Source of the DNA: Candidatus Nanopelagicales bacterium
GTDB lineage: Bacteria > Actinomycetota > Actinomycetes > S36-B12 > UBA10799
DNA length: 42,779 nucleotides
Assembly: GCA_030157755.1 (NCBI GenBank)
Contig: JAOAUD010000148.1
Coordinates: 1 to 42,779 of the forward strand
Reading direction: 5' to 3'
A model generated the notes under the pieces. The model was given only the letters and a program-made list of their open reading frames with translations, ran no database searches and was not told the origin of the DNA. The position numbers were made by a program, and so were the translations under genes. Shown here one piece after another: positions 7,998 to 15,981 of the stretch (position 1 is the first letter of the stretch; each line of letters opens with the position of its first letter).

Positions 7998-8588
7998 TTA
8001 CTTCACGTTGATGTGGAAATCCTTGCCACCGGTGACGTCGCTGGTGCGCTTGACCGTGAAATCGTGACCCGCTTGGGTGAAGTTGTGGGTCTCGTCCTCG
8101 CTGAACCGCTGCCAGTTGGGTCCGTCCCCAAACCCGACGCTCGGGTAGCCGAACTCAGGGTTATAGCCCCAGAAGTAGACGACTGAGCCGCTGGCGTACC
8201 TGATGGAGCCGTTCACGTCCTGGCCTGAGGCCAGCGTGTGACCTGCAGCGCGTAGGGACTCACCAGGTGCGAGGTCCTTCGAGACAACTCCCGAGATCGA
8301 CTTTCCGTTCATTGTCACGTGGATGTTCTGGTCAGTGGTGTTCTTAACGTTGAGGATGACCCGTCCCTGGAACGATTTCACCGGATCATTGACTTCCCGA
8401 ACCTGCGCGGCGGGTGCCGCGGCAGCAGCGGGGGCGGCGGCAGCTGCTGGTGCAGCAATAGCGGCAGCGGGGGCGGCCGGGGCGGGGGCGGCCATGGCCG
8501 GAGCCGCGACACCTGCAACAACGGCACAACCAACAATGGCGGCCGAAGCGAGCCCGATGCGGCGGGTGAAGTTCTTCATGTCAGTCAT
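7998..8588 (-). CDS. Secreted protein of unknown function: twin-arginine-type signal peptide, Ala/Pro linker, ~135-aa C-terminal domain
   Basis: The N-terminus MTDMKNFTRRIGLASAAIVGCAVVAGVAAPAMA has an RR motif, a hydrophobic core and an AxA cleavage site. It is followed by APAPAAPAAAIAAPAAAAAPAAAAAPAA, then a domain rich in beta-prone residues (VILNVKNTTDQNIHVTMNG...YFWGYNPEFGYPSVGFGDGPNW...) that I do not recognise. Confidence 0.75.
   Translation of the reverse strand: MTDMKNFTRRIGLASAAIVGCAVVAGVAAPAMAAPAPAAPAAAIAAPAAAAAPAAAAAPAAQVREVNDPVKSFQGRVILNVKNTTDQNIHVTMNGKSISGVVSKDLAPGESLRAAGHTLASGQDVNGSIRYASGSVVYFWGYNPEFGYPSVGFGDGPNWQRFSEDETHNFTQAGHDFTVKRTSDVTGGKDFHINVK
8403..8489 (-). repeat. GC-rich low-complexity repeat encoding the Ala/Pro linker
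   Basis: Reiterated GCGGCAGC(A/G)GGGGCGGC-type units on the plus strand. They also generate spurious Gly/Ala ORFs on the opposite strand (8319-8636, 8323-8595). Confidence 0.8.
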
Positions 8589-8656
8589 GCGCTAACTCCT
8601 ATCTTGTTGTCCGGTCCGAGTGACCGGCTGCGATGAGGGGAGTTTGCCCAGACACC

Positions 8657-8693
8657 GTCCGAAATAAACCAGAAGCAAGCAAATAGTTTCGGC
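8657..8693. promoter_or_regulatory. Candidate operator: inverted half-sites GTCCGAAATA ... TAGTTTCGGC upstream of the secreted-protein gene
   Basis: GTCCGAAATA (8657-8666) and the reverse complement of TAGTTTCGGC (8684-8693, i.e. GCCGAAACTA) match at 8 of 10 positions. The same half-site recurs upstream of the TetR gene. Confidence 0.35.
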
Positions 8694-8729
8694 GGAACTA
8701 ATTCGCTCCTCGTTCAGCCAAACTGGTCG

Positions 8730-9329
8730 CTACTTTGCTGGGCGACCCAAGTCGGCAATCATCGCGGTGATGACCTGCTCGACCAGAGCTGGCGGAGCTG
8801 TCTTGGGGTCTGTGAGGCTCTGCAGTGACAGCCCGTCTATAACTGCGTGGAACTTCGCAGCTTCCTCGTCGAGGTCGCGTGAGGCCGCGACAAAGCCATT
8901 CGCTGCAAGGGCCGCGAGCACTGTGCGCACCCCTGATCGAACTTCCCGATTGAGGTCCGTCAGGGTCTGTGAAATCTCTGGACTTGTCCCGTGTTGTTCA
9001 AGAAGCGCGAGCCAGACCTGTGATTGCCGCCGCTGCCGCGCAGTGGTGGGGATTGCCAGCTGCATCGCCCGCAACGCCACCGCCGGTGTGCACTTCGAAA
9101 CGTCGAGTGAGTTCAATTCCTCCGTCGTGGCCTCTATCTGCTGAGCAACGGCCAAAGCGAGGATCTGGTCCTGACTCCCGAAGTAGTGGGCAATCGTGCT
9201 CTTGGACAACCCGACCTCGGCCGCCACGGAACGGACCGACACCGCCTGGAAACCGTCCCGCTGAACGATCTTCCACATGCCATTGACTATCGCCTGTCGA
9301 CGCTCCTCGTGATCAACAACTTTCGGCAT
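8730..9329 (-). CDS. TetR/AcrR family transcriptional regulator
   Basis: N-terminal HTH (RRQAIVNGMWKIVQRDGFQAVSVRSVAAEVGLSKSTIAHYF) and an all-helical C-terminal ligand domain. I prefer the ATG at 9327-9329 (GGAGAG 6 nt upstream) to the ATG at 9341. Confidence 0.85.
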   Translation of the reverse strand: MPKVVDHEERRQAIVNGMWKIVQRDGFQAVSVRSVAAEVGLSKSTIAHYFGSQDQILALAVAQQIEATTEELNSLDVSKCTPAVALRAMQLAIPTTARQRRQSQVWLALLEQHGTSPEISQTLTDLNREVRSGVRTVLAALAANGFVAASRDLDEEAAKFHAVIDGLSLQSLTDPKTAPPALVEQVITAMIADLGRPAK

Positions 9330-9376
9330 CGCGCTCTCCATGTGGGCAACTAGTTGGCTCAGCCCATTTCAGCAGG

Positions 9377-9398
9377 TATTTCGGCACGTGTCCAAATA
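9377..9398. promoter_or_regulatory. Candidate TetR auto-operator: TATTTCGGC-ACGT-GTCCAAATA palindrome
   Basis: Imperfect 22-bp palindrome, 36-57 bp upstream of the 9341 ATG and 48-69 bp upstream of the preferred 9329 start. Its half-sites, read as G(C/T)C(C/G)AAATA, resemble those at 8657-8693. Confidence 0.35.
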
Positions 9399-9444
9399 AA
9401 ACCGAGCGCCGCCTGCGCACCCCCAACGGACAGCGGGCGTGAAC

Positions 9445-10539
9445 TCAGCGCCGGGAAGCGAGACCGTCTGCCGCCTTGATCCCATCGGCAATCAGGTCGG
9501 CAGTCACCGGGAAGGGTTCGTGGTGCGCAGTTTCGCCTGGCGCGACGGTGAGTTCGGCAATGCGAAAGATCGTTTCTTCATCGATGTCACCGAGCCCGAG
9601 ATCCACCAAGCGGGTAGGCAAACCAACGGCTCGACAGAAGGCTCGGACCTGCTCGAACTCCTCCGCAGGCCTTCCTTCGACCACTAACTGCACAAGAAGT
9701 CCGAAGGCAACCTTCTCGCCGTGCAGATAATCGTGAGTCGGTGGCGCCGCCGTCAGCCCGTTGTGCACCGAGTGCGCGATCGCTAGTCCTCCGGATTCGA
9801 ATCCCAACCCCGACAGCAGCGTGTTCGCCTCGACGATGCGGTCCAGCGCGGGTGTCACCGCATTGGCATCAACCGCCGTCGCGGCGTCCAAGCCATCGGC
9901 GTAGAGCGTCTCGCAACACAGCTTGGCCAACGCCTGCGCCGCCATTGTTGTTGCTCCCCCAAGTTGGTTCGGACTTCGCGCCTCAATCACCGTTCGCGCC
10001 TCATACCATGTTGCGAGGGCATCGCCCATCCCCGACACCAAGAACCTGCGCGGAGCCTGCGCAACCACAGACGTATCGACCAAAACCAGGTCCGGGTTCC
10101 GCGGATAGAAAATGAGCCTTTCGAATACTCCATCCGGGGTATACGCCACAGATAGCGCACTGCAGGGGGCGTCACTCGACGCGAGAGTCGGACAGTTCAC
10201 GATGGGCAGGCCGAGCTCACTTGAGATCGCCCGCGCAGTGTCGAGCGCCTTCCCACCACCAGCCCCGATGACCAGCGCTGACCCGGCGTTTCTCGCAGCC
10301 TCGATGCCGGAATCTATCTCGAGCTGCGAACACTCCCCGCCGAACTGGTGAACGGTGAAGTCGATGCCATGCGGTGTGAGGCCCGCTTGCCAATGATCTT
10401 TCAGCATTGCCGTGACCGAGGCGCTAGCAACTATCAAGGCCGGCCCAGACAGCCCCAGATGGGCGATCTGCTCTCCGAGACTCGCTGTGGCATCGCGGCC
10501 CTGGACGTAACGAGCGGGGGAACAAAACACTGACAACAT
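9445..10539 (-). CDS. gldA: Glycerol dehydrogenase (iron-containing alcohol dehydrogenase family, Zn-dependent GldA type)
   Basis: 364 aa. [11 protein letters not shown]...L N-terminus, [13 protein letters not shown] nucleotide loop, and metal ligands in the D...H...H context ([28 protein letters not shown]). Confidence 0.87.
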   Translation of the reverse strand: MLSVFCSPARYVQGRDATASLGEQIAHLGLSGPALIVASASVTAMLKDHWQAGLTPHGIDFTVHQFGGECSQLEIDSGIEAARNAGSALVIGAGGGKALDTARAISSELGLPIVNCPTLASSDAPCSALSVAYTPDGVFERLIFYPRNPDLVLVDTSVVAQAPRRFLVSGMGDALATWYEARTVIEARSPNQLGGATTMAAQALAKLCCETLYADGLDAATAVDANAVTPALDRIVEANTLLSGLGFESGGLAIAHSVHNGLTAAPPTHDYLHGEKVAFGLLVQLVVEGRPAEEFEQVRAFCRAVGLPTRLVDLGLGDIDEETIFRIAELTVAPGETAHHEPFPVTADLIADGIKAADGLASRR

Positions 10540-10647
10540 GTGCCCACGTTAGTCCCGTTCCGGGCCCTCACGGAAGTCCTCAGGATGGGCCAAACTGGTC
10601 AACGAACCGCTGAAGCCCCGGACCAAGGGTCCAGGGCTTCAGTTCGG

Positions 10648-10728
10648 TGGCGGGTGAAGGATTCGAACCTTCGAAGCTTTCGCGACGGATTTACAGTCCG
10701 CTCCCATTGGCCGCTCGGGCAACCCGCC
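10648..10728 (-). tRNA. tRNA-Tyr (anticodon GTA), long variable arm
   Basis: The reverse complement GGCGGGTTGCCCGAGCGGCCAATGGGAGCGGACTGTAAATCCGTCGCGAAAGCTTCGAAGGTTCGAATCCTTCACCCGCCA has acceptor GGCGGGT/ACCCGCC, anticodon loop CTGTAAA and a type II variable arm. Confidence 0.88.
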
Positions 10729-10833
10729 AATTTCGCCAGTAGGCGGCTGTCAGGATACAGACACTTGCTGCGCCGTGCACAACGCCATGGTTGGCTATGC
10801 CCAACGTCCGAATGTCACACGAAGGAGAACACC

Positions 10834-11325
10834 GTGGCCGATAGCAGTTTCGACATCGTCAGCAAGGTTGATCGACAGGAAGTTGACAACGCCCTCAATC
10901 AAGCCGCCAAGGAGCTCTCCCAACGCTTCGACTTCCGGAATACGGGCGCACAGATCGAATGGAATGGCGAGCTCGGTGTCGAATTGACGGCCAACACCGA
11001 AGAGCGCGTCAGCGCCGCTCTCGAGGTATTCAGAGACAAGCTCGTCAAGCGCAAGATCTCTCTCAAGGCTCTCGAAGTCGACGAACCAAGGCTATCTGGG
11101 AAGGAGAGCAAGATTTCGGCGAGATTCCAGGCCGGGATCACTCAGGAACAAGCCAAGAAACTCGGCAAGATGATCCGCGACGACGGCCCCAAGGGTGTCA
11201 AGGTGCAGATTCAAGGCGACGAATTGCGAGTTTCCTCGAAGTCCCGCGACGATCTGCAGGCCGTTCAGCAACAACTGCGCGAGGCGGACCTGGATTTTGC
11301 GGTCCAGTTCGTCAACTATCGCTAG
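10834..11325 (+). CDS. yajQ: YajQ family (UPF0234) nucleotide / cyclic-di-GMP-binding protein
   Basis: (V)[36 protein letters not shown]...[25 protein letters not shown] is the characteristic ~163-aa YajQ sequence. GTG start at 10834 with GAAGGAG 7 nt upstream. The longer track ORF would read through tRNA-Tyr. Confidence 0.88.
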   Translation: MADSSFDIVSKVDRQEVDNALNQAAKELSQRFDFRNTGAQIEWNGELGVELTANTEERVSAALEVFRDKLVKRKISLKALEVDEPRLSGKESKISARFQAGITQEQAKKLGKMIRDDGPKGVKVQIQGDELRVSSKSRDDLQAVQQQLREADLDFAVQFVNYR

Positions 11326-11336
11326 CACCTGAAGCC

Positions 11337-11759
11337 ATGAACTCCCAACTGGTAGTGGCTGCGGCCATCGTCGACGACTTGGACGCACCCAGACACTTGC
11401 TGGCCGCAAGGCGGTCGGCGCCGTCGAAGTACGCAGGTCTGTGGGAATTCCCAGGCGGCAAAGTCGAACCAGGCGAGGAACCCATGGCAGCTCTGCATCG
11501 GGAACTCGGTGAAGAGCTTGAGGTGAGCGTCCTACTAGGCCCCGAGATCATCAACGAAGAAGCAGCTTCGTGGCCGGCCGCGGACGGAATCGAGATCCGG
11601 CTGTGGCTCGCTCAGGTGACCACCGGGAAACCAACCGCAGGCGTTGCCCACGATGAAGTCCGCTGGCTAGGCAGGCACGAGTGGGCCGACGTGGCATGGC
11701 TGCGTCCCGATCTCCCGATGCTCGATGCGTTGGCAGCAAGCGGCCGATTCGGCGACTAG
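11337..11759 (+). CDS. mutT: Nudix hydrolase, MutT-like (8-oxo-dGTP diphosphatase family)
   Basis: 140 aa with the Nudix box GGKVEPGEEPMAALHRELGEELEV. ATG at 11337, just after the yajQ stop. Confidence 0.83.
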   Translation: MNSQLVVAAAIVDDLDAPRHLLAARRSAPSKYAGLWEFPGGKVEPGEEPMAALHRELGEELEVSVLLGPEIINEEAASWPAADGIEIRLWLAQVTTGKPTAGVAHDEVRWLGRHEWADVAWLRPDLPMLDALAASGRFGD

Positions 11760-12067
11760 ACCAAGTCAGTGTTGAGGGTCGACGCAGCGGCGGCCGAGCT
11801 CACACTGACGGGCAGCCAGGCAAGCGCATCCGTGGGGCAGACGTCGATGCAGATGCCGCAATCCATGCACAGGCCGTAGTCGATGCGGAAGTCGGTCAAC
11901 TCCAGCGTCGATCTTCCGCGCGGGCCAGCGTTCGGATCGTGCGTCTTGTCAGCCACTAGTTCGATGCACCACACCGGGCATTCACGAACGCAGATCATGC
12001 AGCTAGTGCACTTCGCCGCGTCAAGCTCAATGGACCCCCGACGCCGACGTGGCGCACCCGCGGTCAT
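11756..12067 (-). CDS. NuoI-like 2x[4Fe-4S] ferredoxin-type protein (stand-alone paralog)
   Basis: Two CxxCxxCxxxCP motifs (CTSCMICVRECP and CMDCGICIDVCP), spaced as in NuoI/HycF-type subunits. The ATG at 12065-12067 overlaps the upstream stop (ATGA) and is preceded by GGAGG. Confidence 0.8.
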   Translation of the reverse strand: MTAGAPRRRRGSIELDAAKCTSCMICVRECPVWCIELVADKTHDPNAGPRGRSTLELTDFRIDYGLCMDCGICIDVCPTDALAWLPVSVSSAAAASTLNTDLV

Positions 12068-12546
12068 TGTCGGCCTCCATTGATCCACTCTTCGTTTACT
12101 CCTGGCACCGGCTTGGGTCGGCGGCGACGCGTCGCTCCGCTAACGGCACCCGGTTCGTAGAGGCCAGGCCACGCTTTGTCGACCCGTGGCTCGAGCGCTG
12201 CGCTGCGCTGCAACGGCGGTGGGTCAGCGGCAGTGATCAGCACCCGAAGATCGCCATTCCCAGCGAATTCGACACCGTTCTCGTCGTGCGCCTCACGCTC
12301 ATGCCAGGCAGCCGCCGGGAACACCTCCACCAACGATGGAATGCGTTCCTCTCGCCGGACTTCAATCCGCGACATGGCCCGCCTTGTCGCATCAGCGGAC
12401 ATGACATGAGTCACAACCTCCGTAACCTGGTCGCCGAGATCTACAGCAACCAGCAGGTCGAAGAAGCGTAGGCCTGAATCACGCAGGTAGCGGTGTTGTG
12501 AGACCCATTCGTCAGCAGCAACGGTTGTTGTTTCGGGCAAGATCAT
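12064..12546 (-). CDS. NuoC-like (complex I 30-kDa subunit family) protein (stand-alone paralog)
   Basis: 160 aa. The core FPAAAWHEREAHDENGVEFAG aligns with the canonical NuoC in this window ([21 protein letters not shown]). Its ATG overlaps the upstream stop (ATGA at 12543-12546). Confidence 0.72.
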   Translation of the reverse strand: MILPETTTVAADEWVSQHRYLRDSGLRFFDLLVAVDLGDQVTEVVTHVMSADATRRAMSRIEVRREERIPSLVEVFPAAAWHEREAHDENGVEFAGNGDLRVLITAADPPPLQRSAALEPRVDKAWPGLYEPGAVSGATRRRRPKPVPGVNEEWINGGRQ

Positions 12547-12926
12547 GCGTTGACCCGGAGCGCAAGTGAATTCAGTGCCTCAGCAACATCCTGAGGTTGA
12601 GGTGGGCAGCCGGGAACCATGACGTCTACTGGGATGAGGTCCGCGATTCCCGGAACGACTGAATATGAATCCCAATACGGTCCACCGGAAATCGTGCACA
12701 CACCGAACGCGACGACGGCTCGCGGAGTGGGCAATTCCTCGTAAGACCGGCGAACAAGGTCCGCATTGGCCTTCGTCACGGTTCCAGCGACCACCAGAAC
12801 GTGCAGCGTGGGTTCCACGGCCAAGGCAGCAGCCACGAATTCCGGTTTTACTCGCCAGAGATGAACCCCTTCGGCAGCCTCCACGGCGCAGCATGCGAGA
12901 TTCAACTCGGTGACAGACATACCCAC
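12543..12926 (-). CDS. NuoB-like (NADH:quinone oxidoreductase 20-kDa / hydrogenase small-subunit family) FeS protein, N-terminally short (stand-alone paralog)
   Basis: 127 aa. LACCAVE, VVAGTV, FGVCTISGGPY and VPGCPPQP align with [23 protein letters not shown] and LPGCPPRP of the canonical NuoB at 34995-35549. All four cluster-N2-type cysteines are retained. Confidence 0.8.
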   Translation of the reverse strand: MGMSVTELNLACCAVEAAEGVHLWRVKPEFVAAALAVEPTLHVLVVAGTVTKANADLVRRSYEELPTPRAVVAFGVCTISGGPYWDSYSVVPGIADLIPVDVMVPGCPPQPQDVAEALNSLALRVNA

Positions 12927-13007
12927 GCGGGCAACATTACGCCTGATACCTACCCGCCACGCACCCCGCGCGTTTGGAATTACGCAACCTGACGGACACT
13001 ATTAGGC

Positions 13008-14870
13008 GTGCCCAAAGAGACTGTTCAGCTTGACCAGGTGATCATCCGATTTGCCGGGGACAGCGGCGATGGCATGCAGTTGACTGGCGACCGCTTCACC
13101 GCTGAGACGGCGACGTTCGGTAACGACCTCTCCACACTGCCTGACTTCCCCGCAGAGATCCGCGCACCAGCAGGGACTTTGCCTGGCGTATCTGCGTTCC
13201 AGCTCCACTTTGCGGATCACGACATCATGACCCCCGGCGACGCTCCCAACGTACTCGTAGCGATGAATCCGGCGGCTCTCAAGGCGAACCTCAAGGATCT
13301 GCCACGCGGCGGCGATCTCATCGTCAACACAGATGAGTTCACCAGTCGGAATCTGTCGAAGGTCGGCTATGCCGACAACCCAATCGAAGACGGGTCCCTC
13401 GAGTCCTACAACGTGCATCCCATCGCGCTGACTTCTTTGACAGTCCAGTCATTGAAGGACTTCGACCTGACCAAAAAAGAGGCGGAGCGCGCGAAGAACA
13501 TGTTCGCCCTCGGCCTGCTGTCGTGGCTCTACGAGCGGCCCACCGATGGCACCGAGCGCTTTCTGCACGAGAAGTTTGAACGTAAGCCGGAGATCCTCAA
13601 GGCGAACCTGGCGGCGCTACAGGCTGGCTGGAACTACGGCGAAACGACTGAAGACTTCTCGGTTCGCTACGAGATCAAGCCGGCCCCACTTGCCGAAGGC
13701 ACCTACCGCAACATCAGCGGAAACCTCGCTCTCGCGTATGGCCTAGTGGCGGCGGGTCAACAAACCAAGTTGCCGGTATATCTCGGCACCTACCCGATCA
13801 CTCCAGCCAGCGACATCCTGCATGAACTGAGCAAGCACAAGAAATTTGGCGTGCGCACATTCCAGGCCGAAGACGAAATCGCCGGTATCGGTGCGGCGAT
13901 CGGTGCTTCATACGGCGGTTCGCTCGGTGTGACAACAACGTCAGGCCCTGGGGTCGCATTGAAGTCCGAAGCGATCGGTCTAGCGGTAGCGCTTGAATTG
14001 CCACTGATAGTTGTTGACGTGCAGCGCGGTGGCCCATCGACCGGGCTGCCCACCAAGACCGAACAGGCAGACTTGTTGCAGGCCATGTTCGGACGCAACG
14101 GCGAAGCACCCGTTCCGATCATTGCGCCGCAGTCACCGTCCGACTGCTTCGACGCCGCCCTGGAGGCTGCTCGGATCGCTACCACGTACCGGACGCCGGT
14201 ATTCCTGCTATCGGACGGCTACCTGGCGAACGGTTCCGAACCGTGGCAAGTCCCCAACGTCAGCGAACTGCCAGATTTGACGGTCACGTTCACGACTGAA
14301 AACAACTGGACGAACGAGGACGGATCGACTGAGTTCATGCCGTTCGCGCGTGACCCGGAAACGCTCGCTCGACCGTGGGCGATCCCTGGAACCCCAGGAC
14401 TCGAGCACCGCATCGGTGGCATTGAGAAGGCCGACATCACTGGCCACATCTCGTATGACCCCGACAACCACGACAAGATGGTCCGGCTGCGCCAGGCGAA
14501 GGTCGACGGCATCGCCAAGACGATTCCAGACCTCGAGGTCGACGATCCGACCGGCGACGCGAAGGTGTTGGTCATCGGCTGGGGTTCGACCTTCGGGCCC
14601 ATCGGGGCAGCCTGTCGGCTCGTCCGTGACGGTGGCGGAAAGGTTGCGCAGGCACACCTACGGCACCTCAATCCGTTCCCTGCCAACACCGGCGACATCT
14701 TGAAGCGGTACGACCGCGTGATCGTTCCGGAAATGAACCTTGGGCAGCTCTGCATGTTGCTGCGCGCGAAGTTCTTGGTCGACGCCATCAGCTACAACCA
14801 AGTCCGTGGAATGCCGTTCAAGTCGCACGAACTCGAAGCCGTCATCAAGGACGTGATTTCCAATGTCTGA
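13008..14870 (+). CDS. korA: 2-oxoglutarate:ferredoxin oxidoreductase, alpha subunit
   Basis: 620 aa. The N-terminus VIIRFAGDSGDGMQLTG is typical of KorA, followed by the pyruvate-ferredoxin oxidoreductase core domain (TYPITPASDILHEL...). The 8-nt overlap with korB suggests an operon. Confidence 0.92.
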   Translation: MPKETVQLDQVIIRFAGDSGDGMQLTGDRFTAETATFGNDLSTLPDFPAEIRAPAGTLPGVSAFQLHFADHDIMTPGDAPNVLVAMNPAALKANLKDLPRGGDLIVNTDEFTSRNLSKVGYADNPIEDGSLESYNVHPIALTSLTVQSLKDFDLTKKEAERAKNMFALGLLSWLYERPTDGTERFLHEKFERKPEILKANLAALQAGWNYGETTEDFSVRYEIKPAPLAEGTYRNISGNLALAYGLVAAGQQTKLPVYLGTYPITPASDILHELSKHKKFGVRTFQAEDEIAGIGAAIGASYGGSLGVTTTSGPGVALKSEAIGLAVALELPLIVVDVQRGGPSTGLPTKTEQADLLQAMFGRNGEAPVPIIAPQSPSDCFDAALEAARIATTYRTPVFLLSDGYLANGSEPWQVPNVSELPDLTVTFTTENNWTNEDGSTEFMPFARDPETLARPWAIPGTPGLEHRIGGIEKADITGHISYDPDNHDKMVRLRQAKVDGIAKTIPDLEVDDPTGDAKVLVIGWGSTFGPIGAACRLVRDGGGKVAQAHLRHLNPFPANTGDILKRYDRVIVPEMNLGQLCMLLRAKFLVDAISYNQVRGMPFKSHELEAVIKDVISNV

Positions 14871-15888
14871 TACCGCCGTCCCCATCGCACTGAAGGCGAA
14901 GGACTTCAAGAGCGACCAAGAGGTCCGCTGGTGCCCCGGCTGCGGCGACTACGCAATTCTGGCTGCAGTCCAGTCGTTCCTGCCGGAACTCGGAATTCCC
15001 AAGGAAAACATCTGCTTCGTATCAGGCATTGGGTGTTCGTCCCGATTCCCGTACTACCTCACGACCTACGGAATGCACTCAATCCACGGGCGTGCACCAA
15101 CAATCGCCACCGGCCTGGCGACGTCACGACCAGACCTCTCGGTGTGGGTCGTGACGGGTGACGGAGACGCGCTGTCCATCGGTGGTAACCATCTGATCCA
15201 CGCTCTGCGTCGCAATGTCAACCTGAAAATCCTGCTATTCAACAACCGTATCTACGGGCTCACCAAGGGGCAGTACTCGCCGACATCCGAGATCGGCAAG
15301 ATCACGAAGTCGACCCCGATGGGTTCACTCGACTACCCGTTCAATCCGCTGTCGTTGGCCTTGGGTGCAGAGGCAACCTTCGTCGCCCGGACGATCGATT
15401 CCGACCGTAAGCACCTCACGGACGTGCTGCGCGCAGCTGCCGAGCATGAGGGCTCAGCGTTGGTTGAGATCTACCAGAACTGCAACATCTTCAACGACGG
15501 CGCATTCGACCTTCTCAAGGATGCCGATAGCCGCGACGACGAGTTGATTCGCCTTGTTGATGGTGAACCGATCGTGTTCGGCGCCGAAGGACAGCACGCA
15601 GTTGTGCGCAATGCTCACGGCGGGCTGAAGATCGTGCCGACCGACTCGGTGGACGCCAGCGAGATCGTCACCCACGATGCTCATTCATCCGACACGACGA
15701 CGGCCTTTGCGCTCACGCGCTTGTCGGACCCTGAGACTCTGCACCACACGCCGATCGGTGTGCTGCGCCACGTTGAGCGCCCAAGCTACGACCGCCTGAT
15801 GGCAGAGCAGATGACCATCGCGGCCGAAAATGGGGTCGGTGACCTGCAGTCTCTGCTCAAGGGCTCAGACACCTGGACGATCGACTAG
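14863..15888 (+). CDS. korB: 2-oxoglutarate:ferredoxin oxidoreductase, beta subunit (TPP-binding)
   Basis: 341 aa. WCPGCGDY motif, GIGCSSRF, and the TPP motif GDGDALSIGGNHLIHALRRNVNLKILLFNNRIYGLTKGQ. Confidence 0.92.
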   Translation: MSDTAVPIALKAKDFKSDQEVRWCPGCGDYAILAAVQSFLPELGIPKENICFVSGIGCSSRFPYYLTTYGMHSIHGRAPTIATGLATSRPDLSVWVVTGDGDALSIGGNHLIHALRRNVNLKILLFNNRIYGLTKGQYSPTSEIGKITKSTPMGSLDYPFNPLSLALGAEATFVARTIDSDRKHLTDVLRAAAEHEGSALVEIYQNCNIFNDGAFDLLKDADSRDDELIRLVDGEPIVFGAEGQHAVVRNAHGGLKIVPTDSVDASEIVTHDAHSSDTTTAFALTRLSDPETLHHTPIGVLRHVERPSYDRLMAEQMTIAAENGVGDLQSLLKGSDTWTID

Positions 15889-15981
15889 TCGGCACCCCGT
15901 TTCGCCCAGCAACGTGGCGGTTAGCTGCCTTCCAACAACCACAACTCCACCCATTGCAGGGGCTCGGCGTAGCCTAGGCGG

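Noticed and set aside
7846-10647. Possible small genomic islet (secreted protein, TetR, gldA) bounded by tRNA-Thr/Met and tRNA-Tyr.
   Set aside because: There is no integrase, transposase or direct repeat of the tRNA-Tyr 3' end at the far boundary, and no visible compositional shift. The tRNA flanking may be coincidental, so I do not call a mobile element.
10540-10833. Long N-terminal extension of the yajQ ORF (261-aa version), and the 10959-11336 extension of the mutT ORF.
   Set aside because: The first reads through the tRNA-Tyr gene, and the second overlaps yajQ in another frame. Both proteins have well-placed internal starts (GTG 10834 with an RBS; ATG 11337).
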